DNA of 64,000 nucleotides, taken from NCBI RefSeq assembly GCF_009914755.1, contig NC_060933.1; one strand, given 5' to 3'. Below are positions 1 through 17,394 of the stretch, in pieces. Position numbers and translations under genes: made by a program. Within the stretch, counting starts at the first letter, position 1; each line of letters begins with the position of its first letter. This stretch comes from the human T2T-CHM13v2.0 reference genome, Homo sapiens. A model generated the notes under the pieces. The model was not told the DNA's origin. It ran no database searches and saw only the letters and a program-made list of their open reading frames with translations.

Positions 1-79
1 GTTACTGAAGTATTTATCAGTTCTAGGAAACTTTTGGTGGTATAATTCCATAGATTTTACAAAATAATGTGTATGTATA

Positions 80-250
80 TGATCTCATTTAATCTTTGCA
101 ACCACATGAATTAGGTATTGTTATATTCGATTTGCCAGTAAGAAAATTTATGTTCAGAAAGGTGGATAATTTATTTGTGATCATAGAACCAGTAAGAAGC
201 AGAACTAGAAGTAGAACCTGGGTTTTATGCCTCCAAATCATGTGCTTTTC
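80..250 (-). mobile_element. MIR SINE fragment
   Basis: Degenerate MIR core (ctcatttaatct...gttcagaaaggt...agaacctgggt...ctccaaa). Confidence 0.6.
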
Positions 251-739
251 CCAAAGATCACTCTGGCTGTTTGCAAAAGGCTTTAAAGTAGATCTATGGA
301 TTTTGTATAGGACATTTCAAATAGGGTAATAAAATAATAAATCAGTAATTTCAGTACATATTGACAAAGTGAACAAAAGTGAGTTTGATTAATAGTGTGT
401 GAGGTTAGTTATTTTTCTTATAGGTCCCTAAGGGAACATCTATTAATAGGCTTTGGAAACAGAAAATAACTAGCCTAGAGATTTAAGACAACATGCAAAG
501 ATTTAACCTTACAGACTGAGTGTTTATTAGAAACTTATGGTTGGCTTCTTTGAATGCAACTGATGGGTGTACTACAGAGCTAACAAACAGGAGTTATCTT
601 TGACCTCCACTCCACCACATGTTTGTATTTATTGAACATTTACTATACACCAGACCCTGTGTTAGCTGTTGGGAATATGTCCATGAGCAGGACTGGTCTC
701 TCTGCTTCTGACCTTCTCATTTCCTCATCCAGCACATTC

Positions 740-1292
740 TCTACAGAGATGAAGAGTGATCTTTCTAAAGTGCAAATCTGACCATGTCCAGTCAATGTCA
801 CCAGGCTGTAGGTTTTCACAGACAAGAGATCACAGCTGTCTGAGTTACCATTATATCATCATGATCAATCAAATCCAAACCTTGTAGGAAACACAAGGCC
901 CTTCACAACTTGGCTCCTGCTTTCCTCTTCCAGCTCCAACTCCCTTTCCCCCACCTTATACTCTCTGCTCCAGCCATGTTGACCTCCTGTATACAGACTT
1001 AGGGGTGTACAAAGTTCTTTTTCTTCACAGGCCTGAGAAGTGCTACTCTCTTTTCTCTGAGGCCTCAGGCCACTATCTTTCTTTTCCCATTCGTCTCCTG
1101 GTAAGTTGTATTTATTCTTCTCCCTCATTTCAGACTTCACTTCCAGTAGAAAATTTCTTAGAACTGTCCCACAGAACTATCAATGCTTTCTTGTTTTATT
1201 TTGCATTTACCCTACACAGCTATACTACCTGTTTACTTATCAGTATATCTCCTGAAACAGTAATTAGCACACATCAGGCACTCAGATATTTT
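740..1292 (+). mobile_element. L2 LINE 3' fragment
   Basis: agagtgatctttctaaagtgcaaatctgaccatgtc motif and L2-like tail (gcacacatcaggcactcagatattt). Confidence 0.55.
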
Positions 1293-1299
1293 TAAAGTG

Positions 1300-1627
1300 G
1301 TCTCCCTTAGTCCATTTTTTTTCACTATATAGACTACCTGAGACTGGGTAATGTATGAAGAATGTATTGGCTCACAGTTCTGGAAGTGGGAAGTCTAAGG
1401 TCAAGGCAGCTGCAGGTTTGGTGATTGTGATTCCCAGATGGTGCCTTGCATATGAAGTCTTCCAGAGGAGAGGAAGGTTGGATACTCACGTTGCAAGGGG
1501 CAGAAGAGGCAAGAGAGAAGAAGGCTGAACTCAACTGTCTATAGAGGCATACATCCCACCCATGTAGGCAATGAAATGACAATTAAATTTCAATGTGAGT
1601 TTTGGAGGAGACACTCAAATAATAGCT
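1300..1627 (-). mobile_element. MaLR LTR (MST/MLT1A-like)
   Basis: cttagtccatttt...cctgagactgggtaat...ggctcacagttctggaag...tttcaatgtgagttttggagg. Confidence 0.75.
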
Positions 1628-1848
1628 GGGTCATTGAAGAAATGAATAAATAAAACAGTACTGGATAATTTGTCAGGGATTTTGTTTTATTTCCTCTGTA
1701 TCCCAGAATCTATTATAATACATAGGTCATAGTGAATCTATACTGAATGTTTTTAAATTAATGAATTAATTCATGAATGAGTCAGGCAAAGCTTGTACAC
1801 ACATGTACACACATGCACACACATGCACACTCACAGATACGCCAGGAT

Positions 1849-2317
1849 GAGCAGGTTGCCTCTGCGGGCTCAGGTGGCCAGCTTTTATTCCCTTATCTGG
1901 CCCCGCCCACGTCCTGCTGATTGGTCCATTTTACAGAGCACTGATTGGTCCATTTTACAGAGTGCTGATTGGTTCGTTTTTACAGGGTGCTGATTGGTGC
2001 GTTTACAAACCTTTAGCTAGACACAGAGTGCTGATTGGTCCATTTTTGCAGAGTGCTGATTGGCGTGTTTACAAACCTTTTGCTAGACGCACAGCATTGA
2101 TTGGTCCATTTTTACAGAGTGCTGATTGGTGCATTTACAAACCTTTAGCTAGACACAGAATGCTGATTGGTGTGTTTTTACAGAGTGCTGATTGGTGCAT
2201 TTACAAACCTTTAGCTAGACACAGAGCACTGATTGGTGTGTTTACAATCCTCTAGCTAGACAGAAAAGTTCTCCAAGGCCCCACCCGACCCAGAAGCCCA
2301 GCTTGCTTCACCTCTCA
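1849..2317 (-). mobile_element. LTR12-family (ERV9) LTR, U3/promoter portion only
   Basis: Minus strand starts TGAGAGGTGAAGC (LTR12 5' terminus). 11 tandem TGATTGG (CCAAT) units, GC box at 1901-1908, GATA at 1892-1898, AATAAAA TATA-like box at 1883-1889. Confidence 0.92.
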
Positions 2318-2539
2318 CCAGGATAATATGTTATATTAGGACCATTCAATCCAAGCCACTCTCATGTGGTTAATTGACATTGTCTCTTGAGTGTCCACTG
2401 AGAAATCATTCTGCAAGGTGCTAGGTGCTAAGGGACTCATAACCACTGAGTGCTCTCATCAAGGAGAGTGACTACTGCAGTAATATATTTGAAACAAATC
2501 TATGGTTTTCCTGGTGAATATCCTTAGTGGCCTCTTTTT

Positions 2540-3062
2540 TTGTTTTGCCCCCAGGATGAAATACAACCTATTTAACATGGTTTCCAGTGCCAAACCTTGC
2601 AATCTCCTCCTAATATGCCTTTCTGGGCTCAGCTGCTTCTGTTTCCCAACCACCATGCCTCTGACCCTCTGCCAATCCCAGACCCTCTGCAAATTCTGCA
2701 AGTTTACTCTGTTCCATCAGGCATCTAATTTTCAGCTGGTGCTCCCGCTTTCTGAAATATGTCTTCTCAGTTTTCCACTTAGGGAACTCTTTCTTATTCT
2801 TTAAACCCACATTCAAAATGTCATTCCTTTTGTGATACAGCTCAGAGTGATCCAATAAGTTTGTCACTGCATTTTCCTTGCACTAATGGTAATTCGTACA
2901 GACCTGTAGGATAAAACCTTTCAAACAGAATGGTCATTATTGATATGTATTTGTTGGTGAATGCAGTGTGCATCTTGATGTTAAGGAATATACCCTATTT
3001 ATCTTTGAGATATACAACCCTCAGCATACTGATAGGCACTCAGTAAATATTTATGCAATAAT
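2540..3062 (+). mobile_element. L2 LINE 3' fragment (highly diverged)
   Basis: Ends in L2 tail ataggcactcagtaaatatttatgcaata. Confidence 0.5.
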
Positions 3063-4236
3063 AAATGTACAAAAACTGATTTCTTAGTTTATAATATAAC
3101 ACCATATATTATATTATAACTGAATTCATCATATCCCAATAGATGGGTCTCACTGTCTTATTTTTGCAGTTTAGGTTTGAAACATTACATTATAAAATTC
3201 TAATAAATTTTCTCAGCAGTTTATATCATAACAATAATTGTGAATGTTTGAGTCACATGCCTTAGACATCTGCTATTTTACAGTGTGCACAGTTTGTGTT
3301 ATGTAGTATATAAGCTGTTAAATTATATGCCAGTACATTTGACAATAAATTAATAATGTAGTTTCTAAAGTAAGCATTCCTCAAATCAGGATTTCAGGTT
3401 CCATCCATGTTCTTTGATAAGTTGTAAGATCTTCAGTAGAGGACTATATTATTTCTGTAGTGTTAGCTGGAAGTAATTAATAAATATAGTATTTTATGTC
3501 ACAATGCTCATCTTTGTACTGGTATTTCCATTACCTACATGCTTCTTTCCTTGATCAGAATCCTATCCTAATGATGACTAATGGTATCCCACAGAGGCAG
3601 AAAATGAAGGTATTGAAAGAGCAGGAATACACTTCTAGCTATAAAATTCTTACTGAAAGAGTTGCGTGCTTGAAATAGAACACAAATATAATTGAATGCT
3701 TAAAACTGAACACAAACATAATTAATGCTAGAGTGGATTTGGTTTCCAATAAAAGTATAAATGATTTAGTTTAAAATGTTTGAGATAAAAATATTAATTC
3801 TAGGTTGTGAATGTAAGAATGCATTTGGTAGCAAGGATTGAATAGATAAAAGCATAGTTCAAATAAGGTTTAAATGCTTTACATGTGAATTCCAAAAACA
3901 AGTTGTTTAGCATTTTGGTAGTGTTTAATATTTATATTATAAATCAAATTAATCAAGAGATTTATCACATTTTAAAATAAAATATATTACATTAATATGG
4001 TTTAAAATTAACTAGAGTTTAATAGCAAAATGTAGTAACAATTGCAGTTATGAGAACGACTTAGAATCTGAAAAGGAATACATTTACTGCAACATGTACC
4101 TATATGAACATGACTTTGTGAACCACCTGGACCTTGAACATCTGCAAAGATGAAGATGCTGGTGACATTCAATAGGGATTTGATGAATTAATAAATATAT
4201 ATTATAAATTCTCTTACGTTTGTCTTTTTATGTCAG

Positions 4237-4596
4237 TGATATAGTTTGGCTGTGTCCCCACCCAAATCTCAAATTGAATTCTCAGGTGTTGTGGGAGGGA
4301 CCTGGTGGGAGGTAATTGAATCATGGGGGTGGATCTTTCCCATGCTGTTCTCATGATAGGGAATAAGCCTCACAAAATCTGATGGTACTATAAGGGGGAG
4401 TTTCCCTGCACAAGCTCTTTCTTTTGCCTGCTGCCATCCATGTAACTAAGATGTGACTTGCTCCTCCTTGCCTTCTGCCGTGATTGTGAGGCCTCCCCAG
4501 CCACATGAAACTGTTAAGTCCAATAAACTTCTTTCTTTTGTAAATTGCCCAGTCTCGGGTATGTCTTTAGTAGCAGTGTGAAAACGGACTCATGCA
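4237..4596 (+). mobile_element. THE1 (THE1B/C-like) solo LTR
   Basis: Starts tgatatagtttggctgtgtcccc, ends aacggactcatgca; 5-bp TSD gtcag/atcag (4/5 match). Confidence 0.92.
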
Positions 4597-5069
4597 ATCA
4601 GCATGTTTGAAATGGCTGAAGTAGCTCCTTTCTTCAAAAGAACTCCAAACAAACCTAATTAAGAGGTGTTCTCTTTTTTTCACTTATATATTTTTTTCTA
4701 AATCATTGTTGAATTACATATATTGAGAGTGAACACAGGATTATCTGGGCCATTTTTATTTTAGGAATTCAAAGCACACATGCTTCTGCCTACCTAGAAT
4801 GAGGAAAGAGTTGATAAAAGAGGTGAAACATTGTGAACAGAATATTTTTATTATGCACACCTGGGATAGGTTGCTTTGGGCAAGAAGCTACTTGCCTGAA
4901 CTGCACTAACATTTTCTCATGTATCCAGCAGCCTGCACTCTAATTTATAATAAAAAGTCACCTGTTTATTATAAATATGATTGAGACTTCAAATGTAACA
5001 AATTTGACTCATTACATTTGAACAATTGCTTTATATCTCACAGTGTAGTGAAAAGTAATTGTTTTATCA

Positions 5070-8760
<3,691 letters not shown>

Positions 8761-9169
8761 ACAATGAGATCACATGGACACAGGAAGGGGAATATCACAC
8801 TCTGGGGACTGTGGTGGGGTCGGGGGATGGGGGAGGGATAGCATTGGGAGATATACCTAATGCTAGATGACACATTAGTGGGTGCAGCACACCAGCATGG
8901 CACATGTATACATATGTAACTAACCTGCACAATGTGCACATGTACCCTAAAACTTAGAGTATAAAAAAAAAAAAAAAAAAAGGATAATTCTCAATTCTCT
9001 GAAATTTTTTATGTGATTAGATGCTTATTCCCATAAATTCTTCTGAGGTCAGAAGAAGAGCAGCACAATCATTCTCAGATCTGAAACCATATATTACAGA
9101 AACATGCTGCTTAATGTGATATGTTGGGTAAGTGAGGATCAGATTAATAACGCATCAGATCAATAATAT

Positions 9170-9390
9170 CTGTGTTTACTATGTGAAGATATTATTATAA
9201 GCAGCTTACATATGCTGACTCATTTAGTCCTCAGGATAACTTTATGATGAAGACATTATTACAATCCTTTTCTCTCTGTTTAAAAAAATGAGCAAACTGA
9301 GGCATAGAGAAGCAAATATTCCAGGATCACACAACCATCCAGATCAGTGCTCAGGATTATAAACCAAGGCAGCCTAGCACCCAAATCTAG
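9170..9390 (-). mobile_element. MIR
   Basis: ctcatttagtcctcagg...gagcaaactgaggcatagaga. Confidence 0.6.
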
Positions 9391-9504
9391 GGATGTAAGC
9401 TGCCTGGTGACTTGTACCCCCAAGACTTAGCAGCAATCACTGGAATTAGGTGGTGGGTATCTGTATTGTTACCAGCTCTGTAGTTTATTCTGAAGTACAT
9501 TTTT

Positions 9505-9722
9505 TGAGTCATATAACATAGGGTTTGAATTCTGACTGTGTGAGTATGTACTGACTATGTGAAGTTGGACAAGTTATTTAATCTTGCTGAGCCTCAATTT
9601 CTTCAGTAAAATGGGGAGACATTTACCACTTAGAGTTGTGGGTGAATTAGGTGAGCTGTCATATGTGAAGCACTTGTACAGAGTACACGTTTAAGAAAGA
9701 GAAGGTATTGCTATTATTATTA
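9505..9722 (+). mobile_element. MIR
   Basis: gggtttgaattctgact...ttggacaagttatttaatct...gagcctcaatttcttc...taaaatgggg. Confidence 0.7.
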
Positions 9723-12700
9723 TGGAGGTTTGACAAAATCTTTCTATGCTCAAATAACTCTCTTCGAAAAGTATTTTTGTGGGGGTGTGAAGGTACTCAT
9801 TACACTATAATTTTTAAAGTTTGGCCCACTTTGGAACAGTGCCTTCTCATTAATTCAAGAAGAGATAAATTTATGGTCTACTTTTCATTATGACTTCCAT
9901 TAGCACGTTGACCTGATTTCAGAGAAACTCTTAAAACAGTATCTCACGGCAATATATTGCTTAACATGATACATTGGGTAATAGAGGAAATGGCTCCTTG
10001 CCAGTGACTGTCCTGGCTCTCTCCTTATCTCCTTATGAGTGGGAAGTAGTCTGTGGGCAAGTCCCTGAGCAGAAGAGATGAAAATCAGAAGATCGCCTCA
10101 GTTTGGGTCTCCTGCCTTTAGAGAAAACTCAAGAGAGCACTGGCTGATGTAAGGAGATAATATACTGGAATATGCCAGTTAGCTCATATCCCATTTATCA
10201 CCTTTCCCCATTTCAACCAGAGACACTCAATACTTTGACAATGGTTGGATGATTATAAAAGAAAAACTGTTTAACTTTTGTCTTCCAAAATGGACTCTTG
10301 TAGCCCAATTCAGAGAAAGCGTTGTGAAAGACAAAGCTTTTGATGCAAGCTTTGAGAGCAAGACCCAGGAGAGGAAAACAGCATTTCAGAAGTCCACCAG
10401 TAAAGCCCTAAAGGAACAGTGAAACCCTACATAATAAAAATTGAAAACAAGATAGGTGACCAGTCAGAAGACTCTGACCTGGGGGTAAAAGGTGGGTGGG
10501 AATTGGGAAGCCCAGCCTTAGAGAGTAAAGAGAGAGGAGGGAGACTAGGGAGGAGGCCAGTGGGCTCCATGAGTGGCAAGTCCTCATGTAGGAGACAATG
10601 CCTAGTCTCTTAGGGTGGGCACATTTCATGGCCAGAATCATGAAGCTGTGGACATGAGCCTCACCTGCAGACTGTCCATAACAGTGTGTGATGGTTCCTG
10701 CCAAGGCGCTGTTAACGCCTTCATCATGTCTGTGAGGGCTCTCTAGAGAGAGACCCATTGACCCTCCAACAGCAGTGATGCTGCCCGGGCCTCGACACTT
10801 CACTTGGCCCATCTAAACTAATTTGTGTGGAAAATCCTCCACTTCAACAATGCAGGACACTCGTAATCTCCTGAACAAAAACAGTGGGATCCTGAATTTA
10901 CTACTGGGACTATTGTACAATATAAGGTACCCAGCATCTTGACCCACGCAGCTGAAGAGAAACAGCTTGATTTTTTTTTCCCAGTTGGGAAAATAGCCAA
11001 ACATACTGTCAGTTTTGGACTATGCAAATTATAAGCATCATGCTCTGTGAAGAGTAAACATTATGCACTTTGTAAGAATGATGTATGTCCTGCTTTTCAC
11101 AGTTGGTCACCTTATTAGTTTAGGAGGCAATAGAGTGGTAGTAAAACTGCTGAATAGCAGAGACTATGTTTAATGAGAGGCAGCAGACACTTGGAGGAAA
11201 AGAGAGGGTAACAAAAATATGAGTTATTTGATTTTTCATTGCAGAAATCATTTCAAGGAAAACACTGCTGGCAAGGGGATTATTGTTCTTATTTAACTTA
11301 TAGGAGATCATTTTAAAAGTTTACAGAACTTTTAAACATGGATCTTTCAACCTCAAATTACTCACATTTGTATATTTCCATTTGTTCCTTTTTATACCTT
11401 CACAAAGAAGGAAAGCAGATATTTGTAAATTTTACTTTACAAAGGCAGAAGTAGAGTTTCTACTGTGGGGAAACTGACAAACAAAAGAACTAAGTGACCT
11501 TGGAAAAATCTCTTGTCATGAATTTCTTTTGACACAAAAAAGACGGCGTTTACCATCATTTGGTAAATGTATGTATGAAGAAAAGGTAGTTTGTTCTGAA
11601 ATGAATGTTCTAAAAGTTCTATGGGAATATTTTCATATCTGAATTTGTTCAAGAAGTCAAATATACACTTCCATGCAGCTGAGGGAATTTAGAATGCAAG
11701 CAACAGCTTTGATTTTACAATGAGGTTATTAGTTACTCATTTTTCTTAAAGAGGACTTCAGTTGAAATTTGAAGGGCTCTTTTGCCCAAGTCAAAGCTGT
11801 TATGGTAAATGATTCTTACCTAATGCTTCCCAGCAATAGTCACTACTTGAGTCCATTATGTCTTAGGTTATTTTATTATCACCTTCCTTGGCATAGTCAT
11901 GTAGGATTTACATAACTTTGTGTGTGTCTGATTGCAGGTGCTGGGATGCCAAAAAGGAAATGAAAGCCAGGATCCATCTGGAGACCTCTACACATTCTCT
12001 GTTGCAAAAGGCTGATGAATGAAGGTAGGAGGACACTCATGGGGACAAACATCTTTGATTTGCAAATAGACTTATTCCTCCAATATTAACCCTGATGTTT
12101 GTCACAGGATGTGAGTTATCATGGTAATGTGGGTGGGAGTTAATGGCAGTGTTAAAGCTAGTTTGAAAGGAGTTTTAGTGGATAATGTTTTTGAGCCTTA
12201 GTTAAAAAAAAAAAGGTATCCATTGAGCCTCATATAACTTCTTGAGGTAGGTAGCAAAGGTATTATTACCACCTCTATTTTGTGGATGAGGAAACTGTGG
12301 CTCTGAAAGATCAAATGACTTGCCTAGGGTCATACTCTCAACCATCCATATTTCTCTCTATTAAAGAAAATAAAACACTGGACTCAATTTGAGAATTCTC
12401 CAAGAGTGAGAGTAGAAGGGTCTGGTATTGCTTATCTGCAACTCCATAGGGGAGGCAACACTGTAGGATTACTTTAAATACTGAGGGAATGGGAATCTCC
12501 AATGATCTTTTGGATTATGAGTATCAGTATGAAGGAACCTCAAACTCAAGGCTAAAACCAGTATTGTAATGTAACATAACTGGACTCCTAGTAAATGGCC
12601 TGGGTTGGAAACATCAGCTGGTGAATATCAGGGACAGCACAACTGCATCAGCTAAGACCCAAGAGAAGTGGAGCACAGTGCCCTCTGCAATCTCTGAGAG

Positions 12701-12890
12701 TTGAGAGAAAAGTTGAAACAACAGGATTTCAGAAAAAATTGAGCAAGGGAACTCCCCAGGTCTAAAGATCATTTTTATATCCCTCCCCTTGCCAGCTGCT
12801 AAAACACCTCTTTTGCAAACTCTCCTGAAATGACTTCAGCAGGATTTGCCACTATTGTGACTCCCATTGACTTTAGGAGAGCCTCTAAAC

Positions 12891-13105
12891 CTTGGGTTGG
12901 CAAGTTTCAAACCATCTATTGCCTATTTTTGTAAATATGGTTTTATTGGAACACAGGCATTCCCATGTATTTACATATTGTCTGTGGCTATTTTCATACT
13001 ATGAAGACAAATTTGAGTAGCTGCAACAGAGACCATATGGCCTGCAAAACAAAACAAAACAAAACAGCCTTCCAGACCTTTACAAAAAATGTTTGCTGAC
13101 CTTTG
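12891..13105. mobile_element. MER58A-like hAT-Charlie DNA transposon
   Basis: gggttggcaa...ttttattggaacacag...gcaacagagaccatatggcctgcaaa...gtttgctgacctttg; degenerate 8-bp flanks ctctaaac/tcctagac. Confidence 0.8.
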
Positions 13106-15127
13106 TCCTAGACTATTAATAGAAACGTGCCTTAATCTTGATGTGAGCTCTGATTGGTCAGGAATTACTGCCTGGACTTACTGTGTTGAAAAGTCTGAGT
13201 CTCTGGTTGATAAGAAAGTGTGCAGGGATCTATTAGCAATGTCTGCTATAGATACAGAAGCTAGGATTGGTGACACTTGTGCCAAGTATTTGTAATTCTC
13301 TACTGTAGGGTTTTATTTTTCCACTCTGCTGTGAGACCAACCAACCTTAGCCAACAAATTCACTGATGCCTTGAGGATTGTTCTTAATATGAAGCCAGGC
13401 AGGAGACTTCTATTGTAAGGCAAATTTAATATGTTCTTGAATAAATTAATTAATGTGACTAGTCACAGCTGTGACTTGAATGTTACAAACTTTACTATAT
13501 AGTTTACAAATATTATCTTATTTGTCTTTACAAATCTGAAAGATATATATTTGTCTTTATTTTGTGGCTAAGGATATTAAGATATAGGAAATTAGCTACT
13601 TTTAGTGTTGAACTCAAATATGGTTCCAAAGAAAATAATTTCATTCTGTTGGGTTAATTTAAATTGGAGAGGAATCAAAATGTCATTTTTAGCCTTTTCT
13701 GATGCATACAATTCAACAAGTAGGATTTAAAGTTGTACTTCTAAGAGAAATATCCCTGGGGGACTTAAACTATTGGTCATTCACACTTTTACATGTAATA
13801 CCTCAATATGACCATTTTGCCTCTTAAAAACAATCACAATTTCAAATATTGTATAAATATAATAGGAAGTTGTTTATAAGGAATTTTTTGCTTGTTTGTA
13901 TGTTTTAGGAAAGAAAGTTAGAGAAGCAGTTTGGGGGCATGAAGTGTTCTTGGGGCAAACAGGATATTCAGAGATTTAGTGTTTGCAAAAGAGAATGTTT
14001 GAATCATAGCTGGGGCCTAGTAGGTAGCTATGGAATAAATTTTTCTGGCTAGTTTTAGCCAATATTGTTTTGATTGAAACTAGCAGAAACTTTTCAGAGC
14101 TAACTTATGTTGAAGAGCATTTATTAAAAGAATGCATTTTTTTTTCTCATGGAATGTAAGGGCAAAAAAGTATAGCTGGTCTCTGAAAGGAACTGGATCT
14201 AACCAAAAATTCTCTCTTTCATGGGTGTGCTTTCTTTCTCCAGCTTCTTTTATTTCTTTGCATTCATGCTAGAAAAATAACTGCCCTAAATGGGAGCAAC
14301 ATTACTTTTTAGACTTTGTCATAGATCTGGGATTGGGAATTAGATGTTGTGTCAGGACCTTAATTCTCAAATCATGACCAAATATGAGAAGGGCCAGCAA
14401 CTTACCTAAATCCAAGTTTCAACCCCAGATAATCTTATATCCCCATGAAGAGGGGACAATTTTCATGGGACCTGGAGAGGAGCTAAAATTAAAAGCAACT
14501 CTCTGAAGCTTAACAGTTTGAAAATGGGTCTAGTTTCTTGGGGTTGGTAAGAGAATGAGAATGGTTATAGCCAGGCCTACCTTATCAAGTCCTGTTGGCC
14601 CCTTTTTGAGAAAGAGGCAGAAATTTTATGGATCACCTATCCCTGAAGACACTAACTTTGAGAATAAAGTTCCTTATTGTTAATTTTGCTAGATCAAATC
14701 TTCTTTAAGACTGAGCAATTCCAATTATTCTCTCACTGCTTCACACTACTCTGAGATTGAAAGGCAAGAATCATAATAGCTATTACACCTGCCAGCAAGT
14801 CAAATCTTTCAGGCTGAAGAATATGAAAGAAGAAAAAGAGACAGACTCACCAGTGACTTATTTACTCAAATGTCACTACTTCTTTATTTCAGTTTCTTTT
14901 GCACAGTCTTCTTCTAGCATCTACTAATTCATCCAGTGATCAACTTCACAATTATCGCTCTCCTTTTCCACCTCTTTCTACACTCAACATTGACAATAAA
15001 ATATTGAAATATGACAAGAATAAATGCAAATAATATTTCTAGATATTTGAGGTCTCAGGGAAGATAAATCACAAGTAGACATAGAATTTGTTTTCAATGA
15101 GTTTTGTTAATGGAAAGGTTTTATTAG

Positions 15128-15175
15128 CATATATATATATATATATACATATATATGTATATACACACACACACA
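15128..15175. repeat. Compound (TA)n/(CA)n microsatellite
   Basis: Directly visible. Confidence 0.9.
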
Positions 15176-16741
15176 AGATGGCACAAACAAATCATAGTTG
15201 TCATAATATATTCAAAGTGTTCAATGCTGAACAGGAAAAAGAACGTGCTTCAGCTTCAGTGATGATGTGGCTAGAAGGAAGGTATCCTATTCTTGGAGAC
15301 CTATAATATAAAGTTCAAAAAGCTTATTCAAACCCATCTGCAGGCATCACTGGATTATCAGTAAATATCCTTAGAATCAGGATTTGTTTGATTTTGGTGT
15401 GAGATTACTTAATATTCAGGAGAAAAAGCAAAATTCAACATTTTATTTGAAAAATTTGATAAATATGATTCATATATAATGTTAATAAACATAAATATAT
15501 TAAAATATGTATAATAATCAACAAGATCCAGGGAGGTAAAATATTTTGCCGAAGATCACATGGCTAGGAAATATTAATAATTTATTGCAGTGTAAAGAAA
15601 CATCAATTAAGTAGCAAGAAATAAAACAGGTTATAATCTTTGCTTCATTATTGACTAATGTTGAGCAATTTGCTTACAATTTCTGAAGGTCAAGCTAAGA
15701 TTTATATCTCCAGCATGTATACAGCATTTACAAATCAAATTGGTCAAATTAGGTGAATAAATTTCATAAGTTAGAAAGACAAATTACAAATAAATGCGTG
15801 AAAAATTTGCAGTAGTTAATCAAAGACTTATCAAACAAACAATGAAGCATGGTTTGCTTTTCAAAATGCTATAGATTAAAATATATATATATATAAAGTT
15901 TCAAATGTCTCAGTGGAATACACCCTTTCAAACACTTTGGTAAAAGTTAAATTTGCATAGACACTTTGGTATTCAACATAAAATGACTTTATTTTGAAGA
16001 ATTGATGCTAAGGATACAGATATACAGGCAAATGTCAAGGAAGCTTATGAAAGCATTATTACAGTAAAATATTGGAAACTTATTTTAAATATTAGATACT
16101 GTACATTCATAAAATTCATATTCTCAAAGAAAATTCACAAATGTAAGAAAACAAACATGATATAGTGTTAATTGAAAACATGACAAAATACTATATATAT
16201 AGCTATATCTATATATATAGAAAATGATACTGTTTTTATATAAATATATGTATAGTTACAAATAAATGAATAAGAAAGGGCCTAGAAGGAAATATGGTAT
16301 CAACAGAAATTAACTTTAGGTGGTGAGCCTATTAGATGATATTCATTTACTTCTATATATATATTACTGAATATTCTTCAGAGAACAGAAACTAATTTTA
16401 CATTAAGAAAATGAGACCATACATTAATTGCTTCAGGAAAAAAATAGAAATTGAAAAAAAATTCTATATTTATGGAAGAAATTATAAAAGTCACATAATA
16501 ATCACTTCTTAAAAGTACTTATAGACTGTTTAGCTGGTAAATTTTCTCTAAGTTATGAAGCACAAATAATTCCCATCATATATAAACTGTTTCATTTGTG
16601 AAAGATAAAAAAGTATCCAATTTATTAATTCTTTAATAATACTATGAAAACATTAGACAGTTTGCAACAGCAATGAAAAAAACATAGATTAATTTTCCTT
16701 ATGACTACAAGGGCAAAAATCCCTAATAAAATGCAAGAAAG

Positions 16742-17026
16742 GGCTGCATGTTGTGGCTCACCCCTGTAATATCCAGCACTTTGGGAGGCTGAAGCAGGTA
16801 GATCATTTAAGGCCAGGAGTTCAACACCAGCCTGGCCAACCTGGTGAAACCCCGTCTCTACTAAAAATACAAAAATTTGCCAGGTTGTAGTGGCACGCAC
16901 CTGTAGTTCCAGCTACTCAGGAGGCTGAGGCAGGAGAATGGCTTGAACCCAGGAGGCAGACGTTGTGCTGAGCCGAGATCATGCCATTGCACTCCAGTCT
17001 GGGTGACAGAGTGAAACCCTCTCTCA

Positions 17027-17052
<26 letters not shown>
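16742..17052 (+). mobile_element. AluS (Sz-like), full length
   Basis: Dimer with A-rich linker and poly(A); gcaagaaag on both sides as TSD core. Confidence 0.95.
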
Positions 17053-17057
<5 letters not shown>

Positions 17058-17394
17058 AAAGTTGAACTCAATAGTATATTTGAAGTCCACCCACAACCAA
17101 GAAGGATTCATGTGATAATTTCAAGGATGATTTAGTATTAGACAATCTGTTTATACAATAATTTGGATAGGTTTAACGAGAATAAATAGATTAGAGACAA
17201 TATGTTATAATTTCAGTGCAATCTGAAAATGCAATGCTGTGTGATAACACACAGCATTTATTCTTCATAAAACAATCCTAAAAGCTGGAATAGAAGTATT
17301 TCTTAACATCAATATTTATTTGGAACCAATAATTATTTTTTTTAAATATGCAACACCAAAGACCTTTCCACTTAAATCAGAAACAGACACACTA

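Noticed and set aside
1917-2240. CRISPR-like regularly spaced repeats and 97-aa repetitive ORF 1962..2255
   Set aside because: The spacers are themselves repeats; this is the LTR12 U3 CCAAT array in human DNA, with no cas genes.
10408-10812. 134-aa minus-strand ORF
   Set aside because: No recognisable domain or splice/promoter support; length compatible with chance.
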